NCBI GenBank assembly: GCA_050014495.1
Contig: JBEKDF010000010.1
Location: 20,094 to 84,093 of the forward strand
Length of the DNA: 64,000 bases
Direction: 5' to 3'
Source of the DNA: Candidatus Bathyarchaeia archaeon
Lineage (GTDB): Archaea > Thermoproteota > Bathyarchaeia > TCS64
The notes below the pieces were generated by a model, which worked only from the letters and a program-made list of their open reading frames with translations, searched no databases and had not been told where the DNA came from. The first letter of the stretch is position 1; every line of letters begins with the position of its first letter. A program made the position numbers and the translations under genes. Below, one piece after another: positions 10,044-20,222 of the stretch.

Positions 10044-11579
10044 ATGTCTGGAAGAGTCATCCTCGTGGTTAGAGACGGTTGGGGATACTCCGAGGAAACA
10101 TTCGGGAACGCCGTCCGGCAGGCGAAGGTACCCAATGATACGCGTTACATGTTAGAGTATCCCTGGACCCTGCTGAAGTGCACCGGGAACGCTGTCGGAC
10201 TCCCAGAGGGGACTCAGGGTGGCTCCGAGCCCGGCCACCTAACCATGGGTGTGGGTAGGATCGTCTGGCAGCCCTTAGAGGAGATTAACCAGGCCATTTA
10301 CAATGGCACATTCTACGAAAACCCAGCTCTAATGAGTGCGATCGATAATTGCAGGAAAAAGGAATCCGCCCTTCATCTCATGGGGCTACTTAGCGACCAG
10401 GGCATACATGGCTCAACCTTTCATCTTTACTCCCTGCTAGAACTTGCCAAGCGCCACGCCATCACCGAGGTATATATTCACTGCTTCCTTGATGGCCGTG
10501 ACGTCCCCGAGCGCTCAGCGAAAGGATTCATTGAGGAAACGCAGAGGCAGATTAAAGCAAAGGGTGTAGGTAGAATCGCAACCATGGTGGGCCGCTACTA
10601 CGCTATGGATCGGGACACAAACTGGGACAGGACCCTGAAGGCCTACGACCTCCTCACGTTGGGTGAGGGATGGAAGGAGACCAGCCCACTCGAAGCCATC
10701 GACCACGCCTATCAGAGAGGAGACCCAACCGATTATTACATCCAACCAATCGCGATGGTGGAGGACGGCAAACCAATCGCCACAATCGACGCCGAGGATG
10801 CTGTAATCTTCTGGAACTTCAGAAGCGACCGCGCAAGGCAAATAACTTACGCCCTGACACAGAATGGTTTCGACCATTTCCCACGTAAGAAATTCCCGCG
10901 AGTCCACTTCGTATGCATGAGCGGATACGACAAGCATCTCAACCTCCCTGTCGCCTTCCCACAGAATACTGTGGAAAATAACCTCGCTCAGATTCTCGCT
11001 ATAAATGGTCTCAGACAACTCCGGATTGCTGAGACAGAGAAGTACGCCCACGTCACATTCTTCTTTAATAGTCAAATTGAGGATCCCGTCCCCGGGGAAG
11101 ACAGGATACTAGTCCCTAGCCCTAAAGTCCCGAGCTACGAGGAGAAGCCGGAGATGAGCGCAGGTGAGATAACGAAGAAACTCCTCCCCGAGATAGCGAA
11201 GGGCATCTACGACTTCATCCTGGTTAACTACGCTAATTGTGACCTTGTCGGCCATTCTGCGAATATGTTCGCGGGGATTAAGGCATGCGAGGTTGTGGAT
11301 GATTGCGTGGGGCAAGTAGTCGACTCTGGGCTCTTAAAGGGATACACGATCCTAATTACTGGCGACCATGGCAACATCGAGACAATGTTCTACCCTAATG
11401 GAGAGCCTAACCCAAGCCATGGTACAAACCTAGTCCCATTCATACTCGTTAGTGATGATCCTAACCTACGAAAGGTCAAGCTCAAGGATGGTCTGGGCCT
11501 AAGCTGCGTATCGCCGACGATTCTCAAACTGATGGACATAAGGAAACCCCCTGAGATGACAGCTGATAGCCTTCTCTGA
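10044..11579 (+). CDS. gpmI: 2,3-bisphosphoglycerate-independent phosphoglycerate mutase (bacterial type)
   Basis: DGWG, GGSEPGH, GRYYAMDRD, NFRSDRARQ, AETEKYAHVTFFFN, DLVGH, DHGN. Confidence 0.95.
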   Translation: MSGRVILVVRDGWGYSEETFGNAVRQAKVPNDTRYMLEYPWTLLKCTGNAVGLPEGTQGGSEPGHLTMGVGRIVWQPLEEINQAIYNGTFYENPALMSAIDNCRKKESALHLMGLLSDQGIHGSTFHLYSLLELAKRHAITEVYIHCFLDGRDVPERSAKGFIEETQRQIKAKGVGRIATMVGRYYAMDRDTNWDRTLKAYDLLTLGEGWKETSPLEAIDHAYQRGDPTDYYIQPIAMVEDGKPIATIDAEDAVIFWNFRSDRARQITYALTQNGFDHFPRKKFPRVHFVCMSGYDKHLNLPVAFPQNTVENNLAQILAINGLRQLRIAETEKYAHVTFFFNSQIEDPVPGEDRILVPSPKVPSYEEKPEMSAGEITKKLLPEIAKGIYDFILVNYANCDLVGHSANMFAGIKACEVVDDCVGQVVDSGLLKGYTILITGDHGNIETMFYPNGEPNPSHGTNLVPFILVSDDPNLRKVKLKDGLGLSCVSPTILKLMDIRKPPEMTADSLL

Positions 11580-11612
11580 AAGCTTTAGAACTGTAGATCC
11601 CCAACATCACCC

Positions 11613-12139
11613 ATGAAGTTTCACTTGAGATGTGTAGACCGTGAAATCGAGGACACAAAAGCGCTCAAACGGATCCTACACTACTCGAAGCATTTCATCC
11701 TCAGCCTCGCCGACGGAGGAGAGCCCTATGCGGTACCGTTGGTTATGTCTACCACGAGGAAAATGCCGTCTACTTTCACTGCGCCAAGGATGGGAAGGAG
11801 ATCGAATTTATCAAGAGAAACCCGCGCGCCTTGGGACTTGTCGTGGTTGACAAGGGTATCATAGAGGGTGCATGCGTGAGCATGTACGCTTCAGCCATGT
11901 TCTCGGGCAGAGTCGAGTTCGTCGAAGATACTTCTGAGAAGATAAAAATTATGAATCTCTTCGCCGAGAGACTGAGTTCTGACGTCGAAGGCGCTAAGTC
12001 AAGGGTTCAGAAACTGTTCGGAGGTGATGGATCTGCACTTGGGAACGTTATTTTTGGTAAAATCAAGCTGGAGGAGCTAACTGGGAAGCGTTCCACGGAG
12101 ATGAGTATCGAGAAACTCCTCAAGATCACTGGGAAGTAG
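11613..12139 (+). pseudogene. Pyridoxamine 5'-phosphate oxidase/NimA-like flavin-binding protein with one frameshift
   Basis: DREIED...PYAVPL continues in another frame as GYVYHEENAVYFHCAKDGKEIEFIKRNP...YASAMFSG...KLEELTGK. One extra G near 11740 restores a single ORF. Confidence 0.75.
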
Positions 12140-12246
12140 CGAGGAACACATAGATCGCATTATTTTACACGCCTTTGTTATTTCACGACGAAGGGTTTAT
12201 AATCACGCCCTTTCCACGTTTGGTTCATTATGGGCAGGTCTCCCCC

Positions 12247-13875
12247 TTGACGAAGTACGTTTTTATTACCGGTGGGGTGCTCAGCGGTATAGGTAAGGGC
12301 TTAGTCACCTGCAGCGTCGGAAAGATGCTCCAGGTTCGTGGATTCGAAGTATCTGCGATAAAGTGCGACCCGTACCTGAACGTCGACGCGGGCACGATGA
12401 ACCCATACATCCACGGCGAGGTCTTCGTCCTCGACGACGGATATGAGGCGGACATGGACCTCGGCTCCTATGAGAGATTCCTAGGGGTCGAGCTAGGTGG
12501 GCTGAATAACATTACTAGCGGGCAGTTATACCAGCAGGTCATACGCCGCGAGCGTGAGGGTGGCTACCTTGGCAGATGCGTCCAGATAATCCCACATATT
12601 ACTGATGAGGTGAAACGCCGTATACGTCTAGTCGCGGAGAAGAGTAAAGCGGACGTCGTACTAGTTGAGTGTGGCGGAACCGTGGGTGACATCGAGAGTC
12701 TCCCCTTCCTTGAGGCGTTCCGCCAGATGAGACAGGAGGAAAAGCGCGGCGACACTCTCCTAATACATGTCACTCTCGTCCCAATCCTCGAGGCAGTGGG
12801 TGAACCAAAAACAAAGCCAACGCAGCATAGCGTCAAAGAGTTACGCGCCATCGGCCTTCAACCAGATATCATTGCGGCCAGATGCGAGGATGGCGAACTT
12901 CCGGTGGGGGCGAAGCAAAAAATCGCTCTATACTGCAGCGTTGAGGAGCGAGCTGTTTTTACAAGTGTAAACGTCCAGTCCATATACGAGCTTCCACTAG
13001 TCCTAGAAGGGCAGGGAATGGGCGACGTCGTCTCGGAGTATCTGGGCCTAGACAAGCCAAAGGCTGAATGGGAGGACTGGAGAAAGATGGTCACCAAGTA
13101 CAAGGAGCCGGAAGACTATGTCCGCATCGCAATGTGCGGTAAATATGCTGAGCTCAGGGACTGCTATGTAAGCGTAAATGAGGCCCTCCGCCATGCCGCG
13201 GCCGCGTCAGGCTGCAAGATAAACATCGATTGGATAGAAACCGAGGAGTTTGAGAAGCACCCCGAAAATGTGAAGGCACTCGAGGGCTTCGATGGTGTCA
13301 TCGTTCCTGGCGGCTTCGGTAAGCGTGGCGCTCTCGGAAAGGTGCGAACGATCGAGTATTGCAGGACACATGACAAACCATTCCTCGGCATCTGCTACGG
13401 TCTCCAGCTCAGCATAGTCGAGACGAGTCGAGATGTCCTCGGTCTCAAGGACGCGGATAGCACCGAGTGCGAGCCCCACACAACCAACCCTGTAATCGAT
13501 CTCCTCCCCGAACAGATAGGAGTGAACGAGATGGGAGGCACGATGCGCCTCGGCGCTCACCCGGTCCACATAAAGCCGGGCACAATCGCACACAAGCTCT
13601 ACGGCTCCGAGCTCATACACGAGCGTCACCGCCACAGGTGGGAGGTCAACCCTGAGTACTGGGAGCAACTTGAGAAAGCAGGTATAGTCTTCAGTGCATG
13701 GAGCACTGACGGACGCCGCAAGGAGATGATAGAGCTGCCGAGCAACTACTTCTTCTTTGGTACTCAATTCCACCCAGAGTTTAAGAGCCGCCCGTGGAAG
13801 CCGAGCCCCCCCTATTATGGGTTGGTAAAAGCGAGTTACGATAAGAAGAGGGGCAAACCACGCCCCGAGTTCTAG
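12247..13875 (+). CDS. pyrG: CTP synthase
   Basis: KYVFITGGVLSGIGKG, DPYLNVDAGTM, GGTVGDIE, KTKPTQHS, LGICYG, ERHRHR, QFHPE. Confidence 0.98.
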   Translation: MTKYVFITGGVLSGIGKGLVTCSVGKMLQVRGFEVSAIKCDPYLNVDAGTMNPYIHGEVFVLDDGYEADMDLGSYERFLGVELGGLNNITSGQLYQQVIRREREGGYLGRCVQIIPHITDEVKRRIRLVAEKSKADVVLVECGGTVGDIESLPFLEAFRQMRQEEKRGDTLLIHVTLVPILEAVGEPKTKPTQHSVKELRAIGLQPDIIAARCEDGELPVGAKQKIALYCSVEERAVFTSVNVQSIYELPLVLEGQGMGDVVSEYLGLDKPKAEWEDWRKMVTKYKEPEDYVRIAMCGKYAELRDCYVSVNEALRHAAAASGCKINIDWIETEEFEKHPENVKALEGFDGVIVPGGFGKRGALGKVRTIEYCRTHDKPFLGICYGLQLSIVETSRDVLGLKDADSTECEPHTTNPVIDLLPEQIGVNEMGGTMRLGAHPVHIKPGTIAHKLYGSELIHERHRHRWEVNPEYWEQLEKAGIVFSAWSTDGRRKEMIELPSNYFFFGTQFHPEFKSRPWKPSPPYYGLVKASYDKKRGKPRPEF

Positions 13876-14585
13876 TCCACGAAGTGTTTGTAGGTACCTT
13901 CTAGGAGCTTTTTGTAGACCGCATCGAGGACATCTGGTGGTGCCACCTTGAGCGCTTCAACGCCTATGGGTTGAGGAGTCCCCTTAAGGGTGCCCTTCGT
14001 CCACTGGTCTACCGCATACACCATGAGCTCGCCAGCGAGGGCGATGGTCTCCCAGCACAGCTTCTCATATGTGTCACCTCTATGAACGGGGATGATTTGC
14101 TTCTTGATTATTGGTCCAGTATCTATGTTCGGGTCAATGAAGTGGACGGTGCACCCTATTGGTATGTCAAAGTAGATACTCCAAGCTACGCTGGCGGAGC
14201 CCCTGCACTCTGGGAGTAGACCCGGGTGGCTGTTGACCATCCCATCCTTCGGAATGGATATGATAGATGGCTTTATGATCCTGGTCCCGCCTAGAACGAT
14301 AAAGTCTGGTTTTAACCCCTCAAGCATCTCCCGTGACTCTCTCTTGTTGTGATGGGGCACTGCATAACGCTCTATACTTCTATCCTTGAGCTGCTCCGTG
14401 AATGTCGAGGCAACGGGGAACCCCTTGATGCGGGTTAGAAACTTCTCCCTTTCCTCGTCCGCGATGGGTGAATCCTCCTCCACGATGGCCCTCGGCTCAT
14501 AACCTGATACGAGGAGCTGCCTAAGCATTTCCCTTCCATAGGGATGCTCTTTCAGCACCATGAAGACATAATTGAGCTTGGTCAT
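13872..14585 (-). CDS. Formyltransferase-family protein
   Basis: NSHPGLLP..RG, GCTVHFID..IDTGPII. Confidence 0.85.
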   Translation of the reverse strand: MTKLNYVFMVLKEHPYGREMLRQLLVSGYEPRAIVEEDSPIADEEREKFLTRIKGFPVASTFTEQLKDRSIERYAVPHHNKRESREMLEGLKPDFIVLGGTRIIKPSIISIPKDGMVNSHPGLLPECRGSASVAWSIYFDIPIGCTVHFIDPNIDTGPIIKKQIIPVHRGDTYEKLCWETIALAGELMVYAVDQWTKGTLKGTPQPIGVEALKVAPPDVLDAVYKKLLEGTYKHFVD

Positions 14586-14623
14586 GAAATAAATGGAGCT
14601 GGAAACGAATAAGAAGATTCCCG

Positions 14624-15421
14624 CTACAGCAACGCGAACTTAAGTGCGTCACAACAGCCACAGCTACGCTCCTGGGGCATATTAGGTAGGGCACCCATTA
14701 CGAGTTTTTTAAAGTTTGAAGCGTTCCGCTGCATAGTATCAATGACCTCAGCTGTCGACACGGGTTTTTCAGCCCAGACATCATAGTCCGTAACCATGGC
14801 AACTGTGACATAACAGATTTCCTGCTCTCGTGCGAGTACGACCTCTGGGTAAAGAGTCATACCGATAATATCACAGTTCCACTGTCTGAAGAGTCGGGAC
14901 TCCGCTCGCGTGCTAAATCTGGGACCCTGGACGCAGACATAAGTTCCCTTCTCGTGGACTGGTAGTTTGAGCTTCTTCGCGTAGCTGTAGAAGTAGTCGT
15001 GGAGTGTGGGGCAGATAGGATCAGCGCTACTTATGTGGCAGAGCTGCCCCCCTTCGTAGAAGGTATCTGGCCTGCTGTTCGTCCTGTCTATGAACTGGTC
15101 TGTGAGGACGAAGTCGCCTGGTTTGTAGTCTTCTCGGAGGCTTCCTACTGCACTCGAGGCTACTATCTGTTTGACCCCAAGCTCCTTAAGAGCCCAGATA
15201 TTCGCCCTCGAGTTGATCGCGTGTGGTGGAATAATGTGCCCTCTCCCATGCCGGGGGAGGAAGGCGACTCGCCTCCCCTTAAGGGTGCCAAGGGTTATCA
15301 TGTCCGAGGGCGACCCATAAGGGGTGTAAACTTTGACTTCCCTACGATCCTCAAGCATCTCGGGGTCGTAGACTCCAGTGCCTCCGATCACACCTATCTC
15401 TGCTCTATTGTCTCTTGACAC
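14624..15421 (-). CDS. mtnP: S-methyl-5'-thioadenosine phosphorylase
   Basis: IGVIGGTG, TPYG.PS, FLPRHG..H..PP, GPRFSTRAES, IGMT..PE, VTDYD. Confidence 0.93.
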   Translation of the reverse strand: MSRDNRAEIGVIGGTGVYDPEMLEDRREVKVYTPYGSPSDMITLGTLKGRRVAFLPRHGRGHIIPPHAINSRANIWALKELGVKQIVASSAVGSLREDYKPGDFVLTDQFIDRTNSRPDTFYEGGQLCHISSADPICPTLHDYFYSYAKKLKLPVHEKGTYVCVQGPRFSTRAESRLFRQWNCDIIGMTLYPEVVLAREQEICYVTVAMVTDYDVWAEKPVSTAEVIDTMQRNASNFKKLVMGALPNMPQERSCGCCDALKFALL

Positions 15422-15522
15422 ACAATGGTAATGTATGGTATTTATGATAAGTTTTTCACTTCAACCCCCATCGATAATCCTTAAGAAGAACATTAACATC
15501 CACATGCGTCCTAGTGGCAAGA

Positions 15523-16734
15523 ATGGAGAACAAACGCTGGTTCGCACTTGTACTACTCTTCTCCATCTGCATATCGTACTATGGGGAAAACTTCCTCAAG
15601 AGTGCTGCATCAGCGTTGTCTCCCGTCCTCATCCAGGAGTTGGGGATAAACAAGGGCACTATGGGTCTGCTAATCACTGCGTTTTACATTATCTACGGCA
15701 TAATGCAGATACCCGCTGGAATGTTCACGAATATTCTCGGGCCAAGGAAGACCATTCTTAGTTTTACAGCGCTCACCCTCACCGGAGTCTTCCTCTTCTG
15801 GATCAGCTTCAGGTTCGAGATGCTAGTCGTTGCCCAAATAATCATGGGCATAGGATGTAGTGTCTTCTACATCAATGCCGTCAGCCTAATCACGCAGTGG
15901 TTCCCTATCGAGCGGAAGGCAACAGCGATAGGGATCCTCAGCGCTGCTAGTGGCCTAGGTGGTTTTACAAGCTACATGGGATTTCCTCTCGCCAATGCCA
16001 ACTTCGGAGGGTGGAGAAACCTCTACATAATAATGGCAATAGTACTCCTAGCAAACTATGTCATGAACTTCTTTATTCTAAAAAACAACCCAAAAGGTAA
16101 TGAAATAGAGCACAAGTCCAATAAAAACCTCCTCAAGTCATTTGGCGACGTTCTAAGAGACAGAAGAATATACCCATTCATAGCGGGTTATATGCTTCTC
16201 AGCTTTGGCTGGGTTCTGATGGCGTGGATGCCAGCGTTCCTAACAGAGACTAAGGGCTTCACATACGTCGAAGCAGGCCTCATATCCAGCCTAGGGGGAA
16301 TAGCTGCGATACCTGGCTGTATCGCGATGGGTGCCATCTCAGACAGGCTCAGAAAGAGGAAGTTACCGCTTATTATATTCAGCTGCCTCTATGTCGTCGC
16401 AATCACAACGTTCATCTTCGCACCAGCTGGATTTCCGCTCGCCTTAATTGCCACACTCTCATTTAGCATGAGCTTCTGCTCCTCTATATGGGTCCTATTC
16501 TTCAGCATGGTACCTGAGGTCCTCCCGATGGAAAAGGCGAGCATTGGACTCGGATTAGTAAACGGGATCGGGACCATCGGCTACTCACTTATAACCCCGT
16601 TCTATGGTAGCCTAATAGATTCGACGGGCAGCTACTTCGCATCCAACATGGTCATCATAGCCACTTCCATCATCATGATGTTGACTATGGTCTTTTTCAC
16701 GAAGGAGACCTATGGGGGGTCTCAAGAAGACTAA
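15523..16734 (+). CDS. MFS transporter
   Basis: About 12 hydrophobic segments; QIPAG....LGPRK, WFP..RKATA, GAISDRL. Confidence 0.9.
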   Translation: MENKRWFALVLLFSICISYYGENFLKSAASALSPVLIQELGINKGTMGLLITAFYIIYGIMQIPAGMFTNILGPRKTILSFTALTLTGVFLFWISFRFEMLVVAQIIMGIGCSVFYINAVSLITQWFPIERKATAIGILSAASGLGGFTSYMGFPLANANFGGWRNLYIIMAIVLLANYVMNFFILKNNPKGNEIEHKSNKNLLKSFGDVLRDRRIYPFIAGYMLLSFGWVLMAWMPAFLTETKGFTYVEAGLISSLGGIAAIPGCIAMGAISDRLRKRKLPLIIFSCLYVVAITTFIFAPAGFPLALIATLSFSMSFCSSIWVLFFSMVPEVLPMEKASIGLGLVNGIGTIGYSLITPFYGSLIDSTGSYFASNMVIIATSIIMMLTMVFFTKETYGGSQED

Positions 16735-16761
16735 TTAGTCGAAGCACGCTCATCCCTCGTA

Positions 16762-17787
16762 ATGGACAAAAGCGAGACTATCAAGCGCCTCCCTAAGATC
16801 GAGCAACATGTACACATCGTGGGCTCGACTAAACCGGAGACCCTACTGAGCATAATCGAGGATAGCGGAGCAAAGACTCCCTTCAACTCCCTCGAGGACA
16901 TCCGTCAATTCTTTCAGTATCGAGACTTCCCTCACTTCATCTCGGTCTACAGTACTGTAAACGATTGCATAACGGATGAGAAGTATTACGAGAGGATCAC
17001 ATTTGAGATGCTGGAATCCGATGTCTCTTCCAACGTGAAGCATGTTGAGGCAATATTCTCCCCCAATGACCATGTGCGGCGTGGCCTCGATTATGGTAAG
17101 ATGCTCGACGCCGTGAACAAGGGCATCAGGAGAGCCAAGAAGAAGTTCGGAATAACCTGTACAATTAGGGTCGACCTCGTCCGGAATTATGGGCCGGAGA
17201 CGGCTATGAAGGAGCTCGATTGGATAAGGAAGAAGGGAGACAACATCGTCGCTATCGATATAGGTGGGAGTGAGGACGGCTTCCCACCAGAACCATATGA
17301 TCTGGTGTATAAAAAAGCGAAAGACCTTGGACTCCACCTTGTTGCCCACGCCGGTGAAGCAGCAGGACCAGAGAGCGTCTGGGGAGCGGTGAAGACACTA
17401 GATGTTGAGAGAATAGGACACGCAACAACCGCCGTCAAGGACCTCTCCCTTCTCAGGGAGATCAGAAAGAGGGGGATAACTATCGAAACATGCCCGGTCA
17501 GCAATCTGAGGACAGGAGCGATAAAGACGATAAAAGAGCACCCCATCAGGAGCTTCATTAGGCACGGCATAAGAGTCAGCGTCAACAGCGATGACCCGCC
17601 CATGTTCAACACCGATATGAACAACGAATACCTTCAACTCCATAGTGAACTCGGCTTTTCAGTTGACGAATTGATGAGAATAGGTTTAGACTCGGTGGAG
17701 ACGAGCTTCCTCCCAGCGAAGAAGAAGGGAGAACTGAGAGAGGAGTTCCTTAAAGAGTACCGTGAGTTAATTTCTCGGAAGTCCTAG
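16762..17787 (+). CDS. add: Adenosine/adenine deaminase
   Basis: LPKIEQHVH, HAGE, RIGH, CPVSN, NSDDP. Confidence 0.9.
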   Translation: MDKSETIKRLPKIEQHVHIVGSTKPETLLSIIEDSGAKTPFNSLEDIRQFFQYRDFPHFISVYSTVNDCITDEKYYERITFEMLESDVSSNVKHVEAIFSPNDHVRRGLDYGKMLDAVNKGIRRAKKKFGITCTIRVDLVRNYGPETAMKELDWIRKKGDNIVAIDIGGSEDGFPPEPYDLVYKKAKDLGLHLVAHAGEAAGPESVWGAVKTLDVERIGHATTAVKDLSLLREIRKRGITIETCPVSNLRTGAIKTIKEHPIRSFIRHGIRVSVNSDDPPMFNTDMNNEYLQLHSELGFSVDELMRIGLDSVETSFLPAKKKGELREEFLKEYRELISRKS

Positions 17788-18179
17788 ATCTCGAAGTGCA
17801 TCGATGAGAAGTCTAGGGGTATGGAGTAGTTCTGGGTGAGGTCCTCTCCTGTTGAGTGAATCGCCTTCACCTGCTCCTCAATCGTCTCAAAGATGTTATC
17901 GATGTATAGCGTGGGTGGGACAAATTTATTGTAGAGTATGCCAGCGGCTATAATCCCACAGCCGATCACATCCGAGACCAAGAACGGCTCAGGTATCATT
18001 ACAAGGGTGATGCCGAAGGATACTAGGCTCTTACCCGCCCCAGCATAGCCGTGATCATAGAGCTGGTTAACCTCACTCATCACCCCGTTCATCCCACTAA
18101 GTAGTCCAGCGGACTCAGAGTAGGTCTCGCCGAGCTCACTCGCTGCCTCGACTACATAATCCGTCCTCGGTTTATTCAT
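17784..18179 (-). CDS. Hypothetical protein with central hydrophobic hairpin
   Basis: 131 aa; GKSLVSFGITLVMIPEPFLVSDVIGCGIIAAGILY; starts 9 bp after the cdvC stop on the same strand. Confidence 0.75.
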   Translation of the reverse strand: MNKPRTDYVVEAASELGETYSESAGLLSGMNGVMSEVNQLYDHGYAGAGKSLVSFGITLVMIPEPFLVSDVIGCGIIAAGILYNKFVPPTLYIDNIFETIEEQVKAIHSTGEDLTQNYSIPLDFSSMHFEI

Positions 18180-18188
18180 CTCGTCACC

Positions 18189-19352
18189 CTAGAGCGCCTT
18201 GAATTGCTCGAACCACTTATCATACTCCTTAATCATCTCCCTACTCACACTCGGCTTCCTATTCACAATCGAACGCCTAAAATCCTCCATCGAAAGCGGA
18301 CGAGGCCTACAACTAACATCCTCCGCCCTACCCGACTCAAACAACTCCCGAATAACCTCCTGACGCACAACCTGACAAATATCCTTAATATCACTCCCAG
18401 TATAACCATCCGTCAACTGAGTCAAAACGTGCAGATCCACATCAGGAGTCAACTCAAGCTGCGAACTATTGATCTCAAACATCTGCAACCGCGTCGCATA
18501 ATCCGGCAACGGCACCATAATCCTCTTCTGGAAACGCCGGATAAACGCCCAATCCAGGTCCCACGGCTTATTCGTCGCCGCCACCACGTAGAGGTGATAA
18601 TTCTTCCCCTTATCCTGGAGACCATCCATCTCCTTCAGGAACTGGTTCCGCATCCGAACCTCACCACCCACCTCATTCGTGTGGACCCCCAGTATGCTAT
18701 CCACCTCATCCATGAAGATGATGACGGGCCTACCACCGATCGCGGTTCGCCTCGCGCCGCCGAAGACCTTCGCGACGTTCTGCTCCGCGGCGCCGAGCCA
18801 CTTCGACATTATGTTGGCGGGGTCGATCTGTATGAACTGGGCCTCGATCTCGTTTGCGACCGCGGCGGCGAGCAGCGTCTTGCCGCAGCCCGGTGGACCG
18901 AATAGTAGTAGTCCCCTTGACCACCCGAGTGGGAAGAGGTCGGGGCGCTTCACGGGGTAGACGATGACCTCCTTGATGGCCCTCTTCGCGTCCTCGAGGC
19001 CGGCGACCTCGCCCCACGTGACGTTGGGCTTCTCGGCTGGCTCCGACTCCTCGGCCTCCTCCGACGTCGTGGTGCCAGTCTGCTTGGTCTCGTAGCTGGT
19101 GAATTTCTCGATGCCGGTCTCCTCGCCGTCCTCTGATTTGAGGAATCGGATCCGCTCCTGGTACGTTGTGACTTTTTCTACGTAGAATTTGTTGAATGTG
19201 TAGTCTGGGTAGAGTTTTATGAGTCGCGTCAGTTGTTCTACTGCCCGTTTGTAGCTCTCTGCTGCCTTGTCCTTGTCTCCTAGTTTATCGTATTTGACGG
19301 CGTCTGCGGCGTACTTCATCGCCTCGTTTTCGAGCATTGTTGCTACGCTCAT
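18189..19352 (-). CDS. cdvC: Vps4-like AAA+ ATPase with N-terminal MIT domain
   Basis: MIT helices (A.KYAADAVKYDK.G...YKRA), Walker A GPPGCGKT, Walker B FMDEVD, ATNKPWDLD..FIRRFQKRI, C-terminal FKAL. Confidence 0.95.
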   Translation of the reverse strand: MSVATMLENEAMKYAADAVKYDKLGDKDKAAESYKRAVEQLTRLIKLYPDYTFNKFYVEKVTTYQERIRFLKSEDGEETGIEKFTSYETKQTGTTTSEEAEESEPAEKPNVTWGEVAGLEDAKRAIKEVIVYPVKRPDLFPLGWSRGLLLFGPPGCGKTLLAAAVANEIEAQFIQIDPANIMSKWLGAAEQNVAKVFGGARRTAIGGRPVIIFMDEVDSILGVHTNEVGGEVRMRNQFLKEMDGLQDKGKNYHLYVVAATNKPWDLDWAFIRRFQKRIMVPLPDYATRLQMFEINSSQLELTPDVDLHVLTQLTDGYTGSDIKDICQVVRQEVIRELFESGRAEDVSCRPRPLSMEDFRRSIVNRKPSVSREMIKEYDKWFEQFKAL

Positions 19353-20095
19353 GCTATTATCTCCTCCATCTTGAGGCGTCCCTTGGAGCCGATCTGGTCA
19401 AGCATCCTCACCACATCATCAGACAACACACTCCAATCGTTTGTGGTCTCGTTGGCCTTCGCGGAGCGTGGTGCGAACGTTTGTTCATAGCCGAAGGCGA
19501 CTTCCTCGGATTGCCTCTCATCAACCTTAGCCACCGCGACTGTGACAGGTGGCTCGGGGAAGCTCTCGTGGAGACTGTTCTCGACCATGCTGGAGACCTC
19601 CCTGAGGATGTCGGCACTCTCCTGGCTCTTGACACTAAACATTTCATCCAGGGCGGGTTGGCGGAAATCGATCGTCGTCTGCATCAAGGTCTCGTTTGCG
19701 ACTATGTTCAGCTGCTCGATACCAGATGCGAACTGAGGCATGACCTTCTGTACGTCGGCGGAGACCTCCTTGACGACTTCGGAGATGGGTTTCATTTCCT
19801 GTACGACCTGGTAGAGGTCTAGGAAGTTCTCCAGTCTGATCGTGATGCAGTCTATAGCGAGCTGACTCTGGGATATCACCTGTTTTATGTGGCGCACCCT
19901 ACTGAGTTCGGTCGCATAGATCTGTGCTCGTGCAGCATCTTTCTTCTGAACCGCTTTTCCAACCATGTCAAACAATACGCGGTCACGATCCCTAAGCTTG
20001 GAGTTGACCTGCTCGAGTCTCATGCTCTGACGCTTGAGCTCGTTTATTGATTCTGGGGTTGGAAGGATACTCTGCTGGCGGTTCAGTATGCCCAT
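19349..20095 (-). CDS. cdvB: ESCRT-III (Snf7/CdvB-family) protein
   Basis: RD..LF...DAARAQIYATEL...IRLE, C-terminal FPEPP; ATGA overlap with cdvC. Confidence 0.85.
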   Translation of the reverse strand: MGILNRQQSILPTPESINELKRQSMRLEQVNSKLRDRDRVLFDMVGKAVQKKDAARAQIYATELSRVRHIKQVISQSQLAIDCITIRLENFLDLYQVVQEMKPISEVVKEVSADVQKVMPQFASGIEQLNIVANETLMQTTIDFRQPALDEMFSVKSQESADILREVSSMVENSLHESFPEPPVTVAVAKVDERQSEEVAFGYEQTFAPRSAKANETTNDWSVLSDDVVRMLDQIGSKGRLKMEEIIA

Positions 20096-20222
20096 TCCTT
20101 CTATCTCCTTTAACAGATTAGGCTAGAAACTGGCCTGGTCACGCCCAGGCTGGGCGCCCCATCTAGTGGGGTGTTTAAAAAAGAGGGGGAGGGACGGTTT
20201 TCCATTTTTGACTCGCTCCTTT

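Noticed and set aside
18204..18905. 233-aa plus-strand ORF, and other long antisense ORFs (e.g. 20245-20901, 25755-26513, 26948-27559)
   Set aside because: Shadows of well-supported opposite-strand genes, explained by codon bias.
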